Shown here one piece after another: positions 24,432 through 34,400 of a DNA stretch of 45,136 nt. The notes below the pieces were generated by a model. The model was given only the letters and a program-made list of their open reading frames with translations, was not told the DNA's origin and made no database searches. Origin of the DNA: a virus (Duplodnaviria > Heunggongvirae > Uroviricota > Caudoviricetes); the IMG/VR virus record IMGVR_UViG_3300035502_000495. The stretch is one strand, 5' to 3'. A program made the position numbers and the translations under genes. Position 1 is the first letter of the stretch, and the number at the start of each line of letters is the position of its first letter.

Positions 24432-25013
24432 ATGGATAAAAATACTTTAATTAAAATTGCAAATAGGAACTCTGGACGAGTAGGCTATCAAATTCCAGAA
24501 ATGGGAGTTAATCGTCAATTTGCTGCAAGAGAAACAAAAGAAATTACTTTTGAAGAATTAGAAAAATTATCTTTTACTCCTGGCGGAATGACATTACTAG
24601 AAGATTATTTAGTTGTAAGAAATGAAGAAGCTCTTGAAGCTATTGGTATAAAAGTTGAACCTGAATATTTTTATTCAACAGATGATATTAAGCGTATTTT
24701 AAATACAGGTAGTTTAAATGAATTTCTTGATTTATTAGATTTCGCTCCAGATGGAGTATTGGATGAAGTTAAGGATTTAGCGGTTTCTCTGCCTTTGAAT
24801 GATATGTCTAAGAGAAACGCAATTTTAGAAAAATTAAAATTTGATGTAACAAAAGCAATTGAAGTTAGAAATACTAAATTTGATGGCGGAGATGAGGATA
24901 CATCGAGCGCAACTCAGGCTCCAAAGCGTAGAGTAGTTACAACCGCCGCATCTACAGTGACAACCGCGCGCCGTACTGAAGCTCCAAAATACACTGTAGT
25001 AAATAAAGAATAA
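24432..25013 (+). CDS. hypothetical virion-morphogenesis protein (193 aa)
   Basis: ORF with RBS after MCP. Confidence 0.7.
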   Translation: MDKNTLIKIANRNSGRVGYQIPEMGVNRQFAARETKEITFEELEKLSFTPGGMTLLEDYLVVRNEEALEAIGIKVEPEYFYSTDDIKRILNTGSLNEFLDLLDFAPDGVLDEVKDLAVSLPLNDMSKRNAILEKLKFDVTKAIEVRNTKFDGGDEDTSSATQAPKRRVVTTAASTVTTARRTEAPKYTVVNKE

Positions 25014-25034
25014 TTGTAGAATGGAGGATGTATT

Positions 25035-25607
25035 ATGGCTGAAGAAGCGCGTCAAACTACATCCTTCTCTTTAATATATGATAGTTTTTTAAATAAAATC
25101 ACTGATGATATGTATCTTGAACTTACAGAATTAGATACATTTAGATTATTAGAAGAGTTATTAATTGAGGCAATACCTTGGTTTGAATTTCCTAGACATA
25201 ATCTTAATGATTATGAATTAGGCTGGACTGAAGAAGAAACTTATCAAGGTGTAGAGAGCGATGGAGTTGAAGTCCCGCTTACTATTTATGGGGCAGGTAA
25301 TTTCAATTGTCTTTTGACTCAAGAAGAAATAAGTATATTATCTTCTTATATGATAGTTGTTTGGTTAAGTCAGCAATTGGCAAGTGTAGAGAATACCCGC
25401 ATGAAATATAGCGGTTCAGATTTTAAATTTACAAGTCAAGCAAATCATATGCAGAAACTTCTTGCGTTAAAGAAGGATTATGAAAGAGAAGGATTCCATT
25501 TACAAAGATTATACAAACGAAGAAAAATAAGTGATGATGGTACTATTCAATCTACTTTTAGTACTATAATGACTTCTTCTTTTGTAAATAATACAAGGAG
25601 AAGTTAA
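25035..25607 (+). CDS. putative head-tail adaptor (190 aa)
   Basis: Helical; YSGSDFKFTSQANH segment; synteny. Confidence 0.55.
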   Translation: MAEEARQTTSFSLIYDSFLNKITDDMYLELTELDTFRLLEELLIEAIPWFEFPRHNLNDYELGWTEEETYQGVESDGVEVPLTIYGAGNFNCLLTQEEISILSSYMIVVWLSQQLASVENTRMKYSGSDFKFTSQANHMQKLLALKKDYEREGFHLQRLYKRRKISDDGTIQSTFSTIMTSSFVNNTRRS

Positions 25608-25608
25608 T

Positions 25609-25938
25609 ATGAAATTAAAACATAATATTATAATAAATGACAGCTCAATAGATAAAAGTTTAAAAAGATTAACTAACTTAATTTATAAATTATTACCTGA
25701 GAGGGAAGAAAATTTAGATTGGGAAAGTCCTTTACAAACTATTATAGTTGAGCTTACAGGGATGAATAGATTGTTAATCGACCAGCAAGATATTTTATTT
25801 CCTTTATTATGTAAATTAGAGGGACTATTTACTTTAACTGAACAAGAAGATTTTCAATTATTTAGAAGAACAATCTTTGAATGTTTAAGTTTAATAAGTA
25901 ATTTAAGAGAACAGATATGTCAGGGCTTGAAGGATTAA
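25609..25938 (+). CDS. hypothetical protein (109 aa)
   Basis: Coupled ORF. Confidence 0.7.
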   Translation: MKLKHNIIINDSSIDKSLKRLTNLIYKLLPEREENLDWESPLQTIIVELTGMNRLLIDQQDILFPLLCKLEGLFTLTEQEDFQLFRRTIFECLSLISNLREQICQGLKD

Positions 25939-26954
25939 GAACAAGATTAGATTACAGAGGCGGAAGTAGCGCGGAGCGTCGATTCCAAAATGATAAAGAA
26001 AGGAGTCTTAAAAGGTCACTTTTATATTCCTATCAGGCGGAAACCGCGATTTTAGCTGATGGTAGAGAATTTCGTTGTTTAATTAATACAGAAAAAACAA
26101 AAGCTGATTATGATTGTAAAATAATTTCTATTCCATATAAAGATGTTTGTCTTGGAAGAATAGATGAAGATGGGAATGAAATTGTTCAAAAGCCAAATGG
26201 AAAAACTCAGCTTGAAGAAATAGGTATGAAATGTGGAGATGTTTTTAAATGGAAACAAACTGATACCTATTGGCTTGTTTTTTTAGAGAAGATTGAAGAA
26301 GATGCTTATTTTAGAGCGGAAATATACAAATGTGAAGAAGAAGTTACAATTAATGATAAAAAGTATCATATTTATGTTAGAGGTCCAGTAGAGACTGAAA
26401 TAGATTGGAATTTAAAACAAAATACTAATTGGAGTCTTTTAAATTATTCTTTAGTTATTTATATTACCAAAGATGATAATACTCTTGATTATTTTCATAG
26501 ATTTCAAAATCTTAAAATAGGAAACAAGAATTGGGAAGTTAAAGTTGCTAATCCTTATTATGGAAATAATATTATTGAAGTTTGTTTAGGTGAATATTTT
26601 ACCAATGAACTTAATGACCACTATGAAGAACAAGAGAAGATAAAATTAGAGAACGCGGAAACCTTGCCTGAAGAAGAAAAGTATATAGATGGTCCTACTA
26701 TTGTATCTCCTTATGAGAGATATACATATACATTACAAGGAACTATCGGACGAGAATGGATGGTTAAAGATATTAAGAAAAATGAAAAAGATGAATATCT
26801 TAATACTTCTAAAGCCATTATAATGGAGACTAGTGAAGATTATAGCTCTGTTGTAATTGGAATTGATACAGGTAAGAGTGGTAAATTTGTTTTAATATGT
26901 AAAGATGCTTATGGTATTAATATTGAACTTATTATTGAGATAAAATCAATTTAA
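25917..26954 (+). CDS. putative head-closure/neck protein with Ig-like C-terminus (345 aa)
   Basis: Synteny; C-terminal IDGPTIVSPYERYTY beta-rich segment. Confidence 0.5.
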   Translation: MSGLEGLRTRLDYRGGSSAERRFQNDKERSLKRSLLYSYQAETAILADGREFRCLINTEKTKADYDCKIISIPYKDVCLGRIDEDGNEIVQKPNGKTQLEEIGMKCGDVFKWKQTDTYWLVFLEKIEEDAYFRAEIYKCEEEVTINDKKYHIYVRGPVETEIDWNLKQNTNWSLLNYSLVIYITKDDNTLDYFHRFQNLKIGNKNWEVKVANPYYGNNIIEVCLGEYFTNELNDHYEEQEKIKLENAETLPEEEKYIDGPTIVSPYERYTYTLQGTIGREWMVKDIKKNEKDEYLNTSKAIIMETSEDYSSVVIGIDTGKSGKFVLICKDAYGINIELIIEIKSI

Positions 26955-26976
26955 TTTGAGATAAAAGGAGAATAAG

Positions 26977-27558
26977 ATGAAAAGAGATTTAGCAAGAGTA
27001 TCAAAAATAAAATCATCTTTTTTATCTTGTGAAAAGGATTTTGAAGCTATTATAAGGAAACTTTTTATAGAAAGTCATCCTTATAGTGATGAATTAAAAA
27101 GATTGCTTATTATAAATACAAAAGATTGTTTAGATAATACAACTGATGAAACTTATAATAAGGCAATTAATATGTCTTTAACAGAATTAAGAAAAAAAGG
27201 TTATATAAAACTTGAACCAAAAATTAGGATGCCAGAGCATGCAGATGTAATGTCATATATAATTATTGGTTTTGATAATTTTACTCCATCTTCAAATACA
27301 GAGGCAAGAGATTGTACAGTAACATTTGACATTTTATGTCATACTGATTATTGGGATATAGGTGATTATAGATTAAGACCTATAAGAATTGCGGGAATTA
27401 TAGATGGATTACTTAATGGAACTAAATTATCTGGGATTGGAACATTGCAATTCGCGGGATGTAATGAATTAATTTTAGATGAAAATCTATCTGGTTATAG
27501 CTTATCATACAGAGCAGTTCATATGTCTGATGATAAGATTCCGCCTAAAGAGGATTAA
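26977..27558 (+). CDS. putative tail terminator/completion protein (193 aa)
   Basis: VTFDILCH..RPIRIAGIIDGLL pattern; position before the tail tube. Confidence 0.55.
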   Translation: MKRDLARVSKIKSSFLSCEKDFEAIIRKLFIESHPYSDELKRLLIINTKDCLDNTTDETYNKAINMSLTELRKKGYIKLEPKIRMPEHADVMSYIIIGFDNFTPSSNTEARDCTVTFDILCHTDYWDIGDYRLRPIRIAGIIDGLLNGTKLSGIGTLQFAGCNELILDENLSGYSLSYRAVHMSDDKIPPKED

Positions 27559-28304
27559 TGCTTGATTATTTAACTTTATCAAGTGGGATAGATGTTCCTT
27601 TTCCGAAGGCTCAAGTTTCTATCCACCAGCCGCGAATAAAAGAAATAGCTTTTATAGGTGAAGATGCTTTCTTTCTTGGTTGTGAAATATTAAATTTTTC
27701 AAAAGATTTATTAGGTGAAGAGGACAAAGTTAATTTAGAGAATAAAACAAATTTTGATGTATTAATGTCAATAATGAAAGATAAAAGAAACTCTGCTATG
27801 CAACAACATAGAATTAGTGCGATGATGGTGCTATCTTTAATGTTTCCAAATTATAGAATTGCTCTTGATAAAGAGTCTATAAATTTAATAGAAGAGGAAG
27901 ATTTAACTAAAATTCATAAAATTAACAGTAATAATTTTGAAGAATTTAAAGACATTATTGTAGAGATATTTTGTTTAAGACAAAATGAAGACCAAGGTCT
28001 AGCTTATAATCCAAGTGGACCTAAAGCAGCGGAACTTGCTGCTAAGTTTAAAAAGGCGCGTGCGAAGGTTGCCGCAACAAAGAAAACAACTAAAATTTCT
28101 ATTTTAAATAGATATATGTCAATTCTTACTGTTGGACTTCAATTACCTTATGAAGTTTTAAATGAATATACTGTATATCAATTGTTTGAAGAATTTAATA
28201 GATTTGAATTAAAGCAATCATTTGATTTGTATATTGATACTAAACTTGCAGGCGCAAAAGATGTAAAAGAAGTAGATAATTGGATGAAGGACCTTCATTC
28301 ATAA
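27558..28304 (+). CDS. hypothetical tail-module protein (248 aa)
   Basis: Coupled ORF. Confidence 0.65.
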   Translation: MLDYLTLSSGIDVPFPKAQVSIHQPRIKEIAFIGEDAFFLGCEILNFSKDLLGEEDKVNLENKTNFDVLMSIMKDKRNSAMQQHRISAMMVLSLMFPNYRIALDKESINLIEEEDLTKIHKINSNNFEEFKDIIVEIFCLRQNEDQGLAYNPSGPKAAELAAKFKKARAKVAATKKTTKISILNRYMSILTVGLQLPYEVLNEYTVYQLFEEFNRFELKQSFDLYIDTKLAGAKDVKEVDNWMKDLHS

Positions 28305-28342
28305 ATCTTATATTTTGAAATTAAACAAGGAGGAAAACATAT

Positions 28343-29296
28343 ATGAAATTTGGTGTACGTGAGTGCGCGAATATCGTATTTAAGGCTAAGTCTGATGTAA
28401 ATATTGGTACTAAAACTTTTAAAAAGGGTCAGCCTGTTCTCTATATTGATACTGCAAAAACTTCCACAATGGAAGGAGCTGCTACTACAGTATATGCTAG
28501 TGGTGGACGTGGAAATACTAGATTAATAGGTTGGGAAGGTGAGAAGACTCTTACATTCACAGTTGAGGATGCTCTTTTATCTCCAATGGGATTTGCTATT
28601 TTATCAGGTGCGGGTTTATTTGGAACTGGTAAACATAGTGAGACAGACAAGATTCATTTCCATACAACTACTTATACAACAGTAAGTGAAGTAACTGGAG
28701 ATGGCGATACTAAGAGTTTAGTTGTAGATTTAACAGATGCTATTGCAGTAGGAGAAGCAGTTTGTGATACAACAGGACTTACTTTTGTAGCTTTAACAGA
28801 AGAAGATGGTTCTATTAAGACTGTTATAGATACAAGTGCTATTGCTGTAAAAGATAACAAAATTACAATTACAGATACTACAGTTAAAGCTGGAGATTCT
28901 GTATTTGTTGATTATTATATTCTTAAAGATGAAGCTGATGTTGAAGAGTTACAGATTGATGCTGAACATTTTGCTGGTTACTACTATGTAGAGGCAGATA
29001 CATTATTTAGACGTCAGAGTGATGGTGTAGATTTACCTGCTAATTTAACATTCCCTAATGTTAAGATTCAGTCTAACTTTACATTTACAATGGCTTCAAC
29101 TGGAGACCCAAGTACATTTACATTTACTATGGATGCTTACCCAGGCTATACATTATTTGATAAGACAAAGAAAGTTCTTTGTGTAATGCAGATTGCAAAT
29201 GATGAAATTGGAGCTAGTGAAGCAACAGGTCATACTATCATGGATACACATGACCATTCTTCAACAACTGTTAAAGCTGAAAGTGAATCAGACTAA
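28343..29296 (+). CDS. major tail tube protein (317 aa)
   Basis: Beta-rich, strong RBS, followed by a terminator; FTFTMASTGDPSTFTFTMD. Confidence 0.75.
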   Translation: MKFGVRECANIVFKAKSDVNIGTKTFKKGQPVLYIDTAKTSTMEGAATTVYASGGRGNTRLIGWEGEKTLTFTVEDALLSPMGFAILSGAGLFGTGKHSETDKIHFHTTTYTTVSEVTGDGDTKSLVVDLTDAIAVGEAVCDTTGLTFVALTEEDGSIKTVIDTSAIAVKDNKITITDTTVKAGDSVFVDYYILKDEADVEELQIDAEHFAGYYYVEADTLFRRQSDGVDLPANLTFPNVKIQSNFTFTMASTGDPSTFTFTMDAYPGYTLFDKTKKVLCVMQIANDEIGASEATGHTIMDTHDHSSTTVKAESESD

Positions 29297-29305
29297 TAAA
29301 ATATA

Positions 29306-29333
29306 AAGAGGGCGGAAACGCCCTCTTATTTTT
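29306..29333 (+). terminator. intrinsic terminator
   Basis: AAGAGGGCG-GAAA-CGCCCTCTT-ATTTTT. Confidence 0.9.
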
Positions 29334-29351
29334 GTTTATGAGGTGATAATT

Positions 29352-30734
29352 ATGAGTGCGATAGGTAATTATATTCATTTAAATTTTAAAAATTATCAAC
29401 AATATGGAACAGCTCAGTATGGAGAAAGCCCTCAATATTTTATAAATAGTTATAATGCTCAAAAAGCTAAAAATCAACAGCAAATTCAGGTATTAAAAAA
29501 TAGAGATATTTCTCAAGCTACCTTAGAAGAATTAAAAAGAAGAGTTGCAAATGAATCAAATCAAAATGAAGCTAGACAATTAGCTCAATTACAATTAAAT
29601 TATTCTCAAGCAGAAAATGATTTTTCTACAAATACAAAGGCTAAAATTTTATCTGAGGTGGGTAAAAATATAGGTAAAGTAACTTATTTAACAAATAAAA
29701 ATATTATATCTGATAATAGTTTAGTAAAAATAGAAGAAGCTATTAAATATAGAAATAGACTTTATGATAATATTGATAGTTTAAATAAAGATATGGAAAA
29801 TCCTAATCATAAATTTAAGGATTTAGAAGGAAGAATCCAAACTATTATTAATAATTTTGATGGTTTTTTTAATAGTTTAGGAATATCTACTATATATGGA
29901 AATCTTTCTTCTTTATTTAAGATTAAAGCGGATTCTAATACTTTAACGGCTTTAAAAGCATTTGTTCAAACAATATCGTTAAATGAAGCTAATAAGGCTA
30001 CATTTAATGGTGTATATGGAGAAACTTTAGTAAATATGGCGGATGATGTTGCACAAAATCTTGGTCAAAAAGAATTAATTAATTATACAAAAGAGGCATT
30101 AAAAACTGGCGCTATAACTAGCACTTTTCAGATAGATGAAACTATGATTTCTAAAGAGGTACAGCAAATTTTTCAACAAGATACAGGAATTAATTTATAT
30201 CAAATTAGAAGTTCTCAAAATAAAGTTGATGCTTCTATCACAATTAAAAACCAAAAAGTTGAGGCTTCTGTTAAAGCATATACTCCTAAAGGAAACATTT
30301 TAACTCCGCATTTACAAGATGTTAGTTTAATATCATCTTTAGTTACAACAGAAAATCAATTTGGGAATCACTGGTTAAATTTACATATGCAAAGTGCAAA
30401 AAATATGAGTTCTAATACTAGTGATGCAGATGAAATTTTAAAACAACATATCGCATACGAGGCGCTTGCCGCAGGTAACTTATTAAAAACAGATGCTACA
30501 ATAGCAGATACTTTTGTGGCTATAGATGTTGTAAAAGGAAGAGTTTATGTTCAAAGGATATCAGATATTTTATCTAATGATTTTTCTAGTTTTATTTTTA
30601 AACCTGTATTACAAAGTCTTACTTTTGAAAATAATAGAGCAGATACTTGGGAACAAAGAATTTCAAATATTTTACAACAAATTCATCAAAATAAGATTAG
30701 TGTTTCATATAGAGTAAATATGAAGGAAATTTAA
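29352..30734 (+). CDS. orphan protein (460 aa), possible C-terminal PD-(D/E)XK-like domain
   Basis: GAGGTG RBS before the ATG at 29352; GVYGE..KVDASITIKNQKVEASVKAY. Confidence 0.65.
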   Translation: MSAIGNYIHLNFKNYQQYGTAQYGESPQYFINSYNAQKAKNQQQIQVLKNRDISQATLEELKRRVANESNQNEARQLAQLQLNYSQAENDFSTNTKAKILSEVGKNIGKVTYLTNKNIISDNSLVKIEEAIKYRNRLYDNIDSLNKDMENPNHKFKDLEGRIQTIINNFDGFFNSLGISTIYGNLSSLFKIKADSNTLTALKAFVQTISLNEANKATFNGVYGETLVNMADDVAQNLGQKELINYTKEALKTGAITSTFQIDETMISKEVQQIFQQDTGINLYQIRSSQNKVDASITIKNQKVEASVKAYTPKGNILTPHLQDVSLISSLVTTENQFGNHWLNLHMQSAKNMSSNTSDADEILKQHIAYEALAAGNLLKTDATIADTFVAIDVVKGRVYVQRISDILSNDFSSFIFKPVLQSLTFENNRADTWEQRISNILQQIHQNKISVSYRVNMKEI

Positions 30735-30735
30735 T

Positions 30736-30764
30736 TTGACAAAAGAAAAAATTTGTAATATAAT
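30736..30764 (+). promoter_or_regulatory. sigmaA promoter
   Basis: TTGACA-17-TATAAT. Confidence 0.75.
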
Positions 30765-30796
30765 TATTATATAAAGAGATAAAAGGAGTAAGGAAA

Positions 30797-31357
30797 ATGA
30801 CAAAAGTAAGTTATGCTAATTTAAAATTAAAAGTAAACAGTGATATTAATACTTTTGATTTTGATGGACAAAAGATTGAAGTTTTAAAATATTTACCTAT
30901 TGATGATAAATATTCTTTAATTAATATTACACTTCAAAAAGCTCAAGAAGATGGAATTTATAATCCAATGAAAATTGATATGTATTTTAACCTTCATTTA
31001 ATATATATGTATAGTAATTTATCTTTTACAGATAAACAAAAAGAGAATGAAAATAAAATATATGATACTTTAAAAACTAATGGATTTATAGATGCTTTTC
31101 TTCAAGCCATGGAAGAAGATGAATATAATGAGTTGTTTAATTATATGGAAGCAGTAATCGCGGAAAGAACTAGATATAATACTACTACTGCGGCAATTAT
31201 TTCTAATGTTATTAACAATCTTCCTACTAATGCGCAAGCTGCTGCGGATATAGTTAATTCATTCGACCCAGAGAAATATCAAGCAGTTATAGATTTTGCA
31301 ACTGCGGCAAATGGTAATAGACCTTTAGATAATTCTAATGTAGTTCCAATTAAATAG
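30797..31357 (+). CDS. putative tail assembly chaperone (186 aa)
   Basis: Directly upstream of the tape measure gene. Confidence 0.5.
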   Translation: MTKVSYANLKLKVNSDINTFDFDGQKIEVLKYLPIDDKYSLINITLQKAQEDGIYNPMKIDMYFNLHLIYMYSNLSFTDKQKENENKIYDTLKTNGFIDAFLQAMEEDEYNELFNYMEAVIAERTRYNTTTAAIISNVINNLPTNAQAAADIVNSFDPEKYQAVIDFATAANGNRPLDNSNVVPIK

Positions 31358-31377
31358 GTCAAAATAGATTAAAAGAT

Positions 31378-31412
31378 ATGCCTTTACTATTAATAATAGT
31401 AAAGGCATTTTA
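31378..31412 (+). terminator. terminator-like hairpin
   Basis: ATGCCTTTACTATT-AAT-AATAGTAAAGGCAT-TTT. Confidence 0.7.
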
Positions 31413-31437
31413 TTATGTTTAGGAGGAAAAAGGAGAA

Positions 31438-34400
31438 ATGGCTAATAAAATTAATTTTCAAATTGGTTTTAATGTTGATAGAAGCGGATTAAATGAAATA
31501 AAATCTGCGTTACAACAAATTCAGCAACAAGCTAATCAAGCCATGCAATCTGGGACTTTAACAAATGAATTAAAGGAGGCTTCTACTGCCGCAAGACAGT
31601 TAGAAAGTATTTTAAATAGTTCTTGGAATAGCAAATTAAATCAATTAGATTTAAGTAAAGTTAATACTAGCATTAAAAATACTTATGGTAGTGTTAGCCA
31701 ATTAAAGACTGTAATGGAATCATCTGGTGCTGCGGGTGCCACTGCATATAATCAGTTTGCATCTGCGGTATTGAATACTAATTTACAATTAAAACAGAGT
31801 AATAAATGGTTAGATGAAATGGCTATTACTTTAAGTAATACTGTAAGATATAATCTTGCATCTGCTATTATGAATAAAGTATCTAGTTCAATTCAACAGG
31901 CTTATTATTATACATTAGACTTAGATGAATCTTTAAATAATATAAGAATAGTTACAAATAAATCTGCGGATGATATGGCGGAGTTCGCTGTTCAGGCGAA
32001 TAAGGCAGCTAAAGCATTGGGACAGTCAACTACTGCGTACACTAATGCGAGTTTAATTTACTATCAGCAAGGTTTAAGTGATGAAGAAGTTGCGGCTAGG
32101 TCAGATATAACCCTGAAAACCGCAAACGTAACAGGGCAGTCTACATCAGAAGTATCTGAAGAGCTGACTGCAGTTTGGAATGGTTATAAAGTTAGCGCAG
32201 AAGAAGCGGAATTATATGTAGATAGAATGGCGGCCGTAGCAGCATCAACCGCATCTGACTTGGAAGAATTATCTACAGGTATGTCTAAGGTTGCATCAGC
32301 TGCCGCAGCTCTTGGTGTAGGTGAAGACCAGTTAGCTGCTCAGTTAGCTACTATTGTATCTGTAACTCGTCAGGCTCCCGAATCTGTTGGTACTGCACTA
32401 AAGACTATTTATGCTCGTATGTCAGACATTGAAGCTGGGGTAGATGAGGAAGGTGCTACATTAGGCACATATTCTGGCGCTATGGCAGAAATGGGTATTA
32501 ACGTACTTGATGCTAATGGTAAATTAAGAGATATGGGTGAAGTTATTGAAGAAATTGGCGGAAAATGGAGTGACTTCACTAGAGAGCAACAAATATCTTT
32601 AGCTCAAACTATGGCTGGTACTCGTCAGTATAATAATTTAATTGCATTATTTGATAATTGGAGTGATTATACTGAAACTTTAGAAGTTGCTCAAAATGCA
32701 GCTGGAACTTTACAAGAACAGCAAGATATTTATATGGAAAGCACTGCTGCTCATTTACAACAGTTAAGCACAGAAGCAGAAAAGACATATAATATTTTAT
32801 TTAATGCAGATGCAATTAATGATACCGCGGATGCTATGACAGGGTTATTAAGTCTTTTTAATAATTATTTAACTGGTTTAAATGGTGGAATTAATTCTCT
32901 TGTTCATATGGGTAGTGTAGTTGCTAATGTTTTTAGCAATCAAATTGGTAAAGCCATTAGTCAAAGTGTTATTAATGTTGAGGCTTATAGGTCTAATTTA
33001 GACGCTATTGTATTAAAGCAAAATATTATAAGCGCTCATGCTGCACAAGGTGAAATTGTTACTTCAGATAGTGCGCAGGTTAATAAAGAAATTGAAATTG
33101 CCCAACAAATTTTACCAATTAGACAAGCCTTAACTCAAGAACAATATAATGAGTTAATGACAGAGCAGAAAAAAATTGGAGAATTAGAGCAAGAAATTGT
33201 AGAAATAGAATCATATCGTCAAATATCTGAATCAATATTAAATGATGCTAATGCTACAACAGCAGAGTATCAAGAAAGATTAGGATATGAACAGCAATTT
33301 TTATCAAGTTATAGACAGCAAGAGCAAGCTTTAATAAGAGCAACAAGATTATATTCAGAATTAACAGATGCAGATAAAACAGCTAGAGGTGGAGATTTAG
33401 AACGAATAGAGTTATATTCAGTCTTAAATGATTTAGATTTATCTATGTTACAAACTGAAGAGTCAAGAGAGGCTGTCTCTGAGATTATGAACGCTTTAGA
33501 TGATGAAGAAATAGTTGATGCCTCTAAATTAAAACAAATCTTACAAGAACAGCATAACACTATATCTGAACAAATTAATACGGTTAATCAATTAACTGAA
33601 GCATTACAACATAAACAACAAGCTGAAGATGGGACTTTAAATAAATTAAGAGAAGAGCAGCAGGCTAGAGAAGGCATTGTTTCAACTGTTGTTGAGCAAA
33701 CTCAAAGGCAGCAAATGCTAACACAAGCTATTTCTGGTACTATGACAATTATTTCTGGTTTGACGACAATATTAGGGGCAATTAAAACTGCTAATAATGA
33801 AAATTTAACAATTGCAGAAAAAACAGAATCTATTATCACTTCATTATTAGTTTCATTACCAATGATAATTAGTAATTTTAAAAATATAAGTCAAATAGTT
33901 CCAGGACTAGCTACTGGTATTTCATCTTTGGCTTTAAAAATCGCAGGACTCGCGGGGGTAGAATTAAAAACTACTACAGTTACAACTTCATTAAGTGTGG
34001 CTTTAGGAATGTTTAAAGAACTTCTTCTTGGACCCGTAGGGATAGCTCTTGGAGCTACATTATTGGCAGTTAGTGGAGTTGTCGCTGTAATTTGGGCATC
34101 TGTAAAAGCTTATAATGCAGATGCGGATGCCGCGGAAGCCGCAGCAGAACAAGTTGAAAATTTAACAGATAGATATAATGAATTAAATGAAGCTGCATCT
34201 AATTTAAAAGACACTATATCTGACTATGATGATGCTATTGATGCATTAGCGGATTTAGACAAAAGAACAGATGAATATGCAGAATCCTTAGAGGAAGCTA
34301 ATGAAAAAGCTAAAGAATTAATTGAGACATATGGTTTATTTGATGATTGGTCTATGAAAAATGGATTAATTACAATAAATCAAGACGCTTTAGATAGTGT

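Noticed and set aside
30797-31437. Programmed frameshift giving a G/GT-type tail chaperone pair
   Set aside because: Only about 80 nt, containing a hairpin, separate the chaperone from TMP. There is no second ORF and I found no convincing slippery site.
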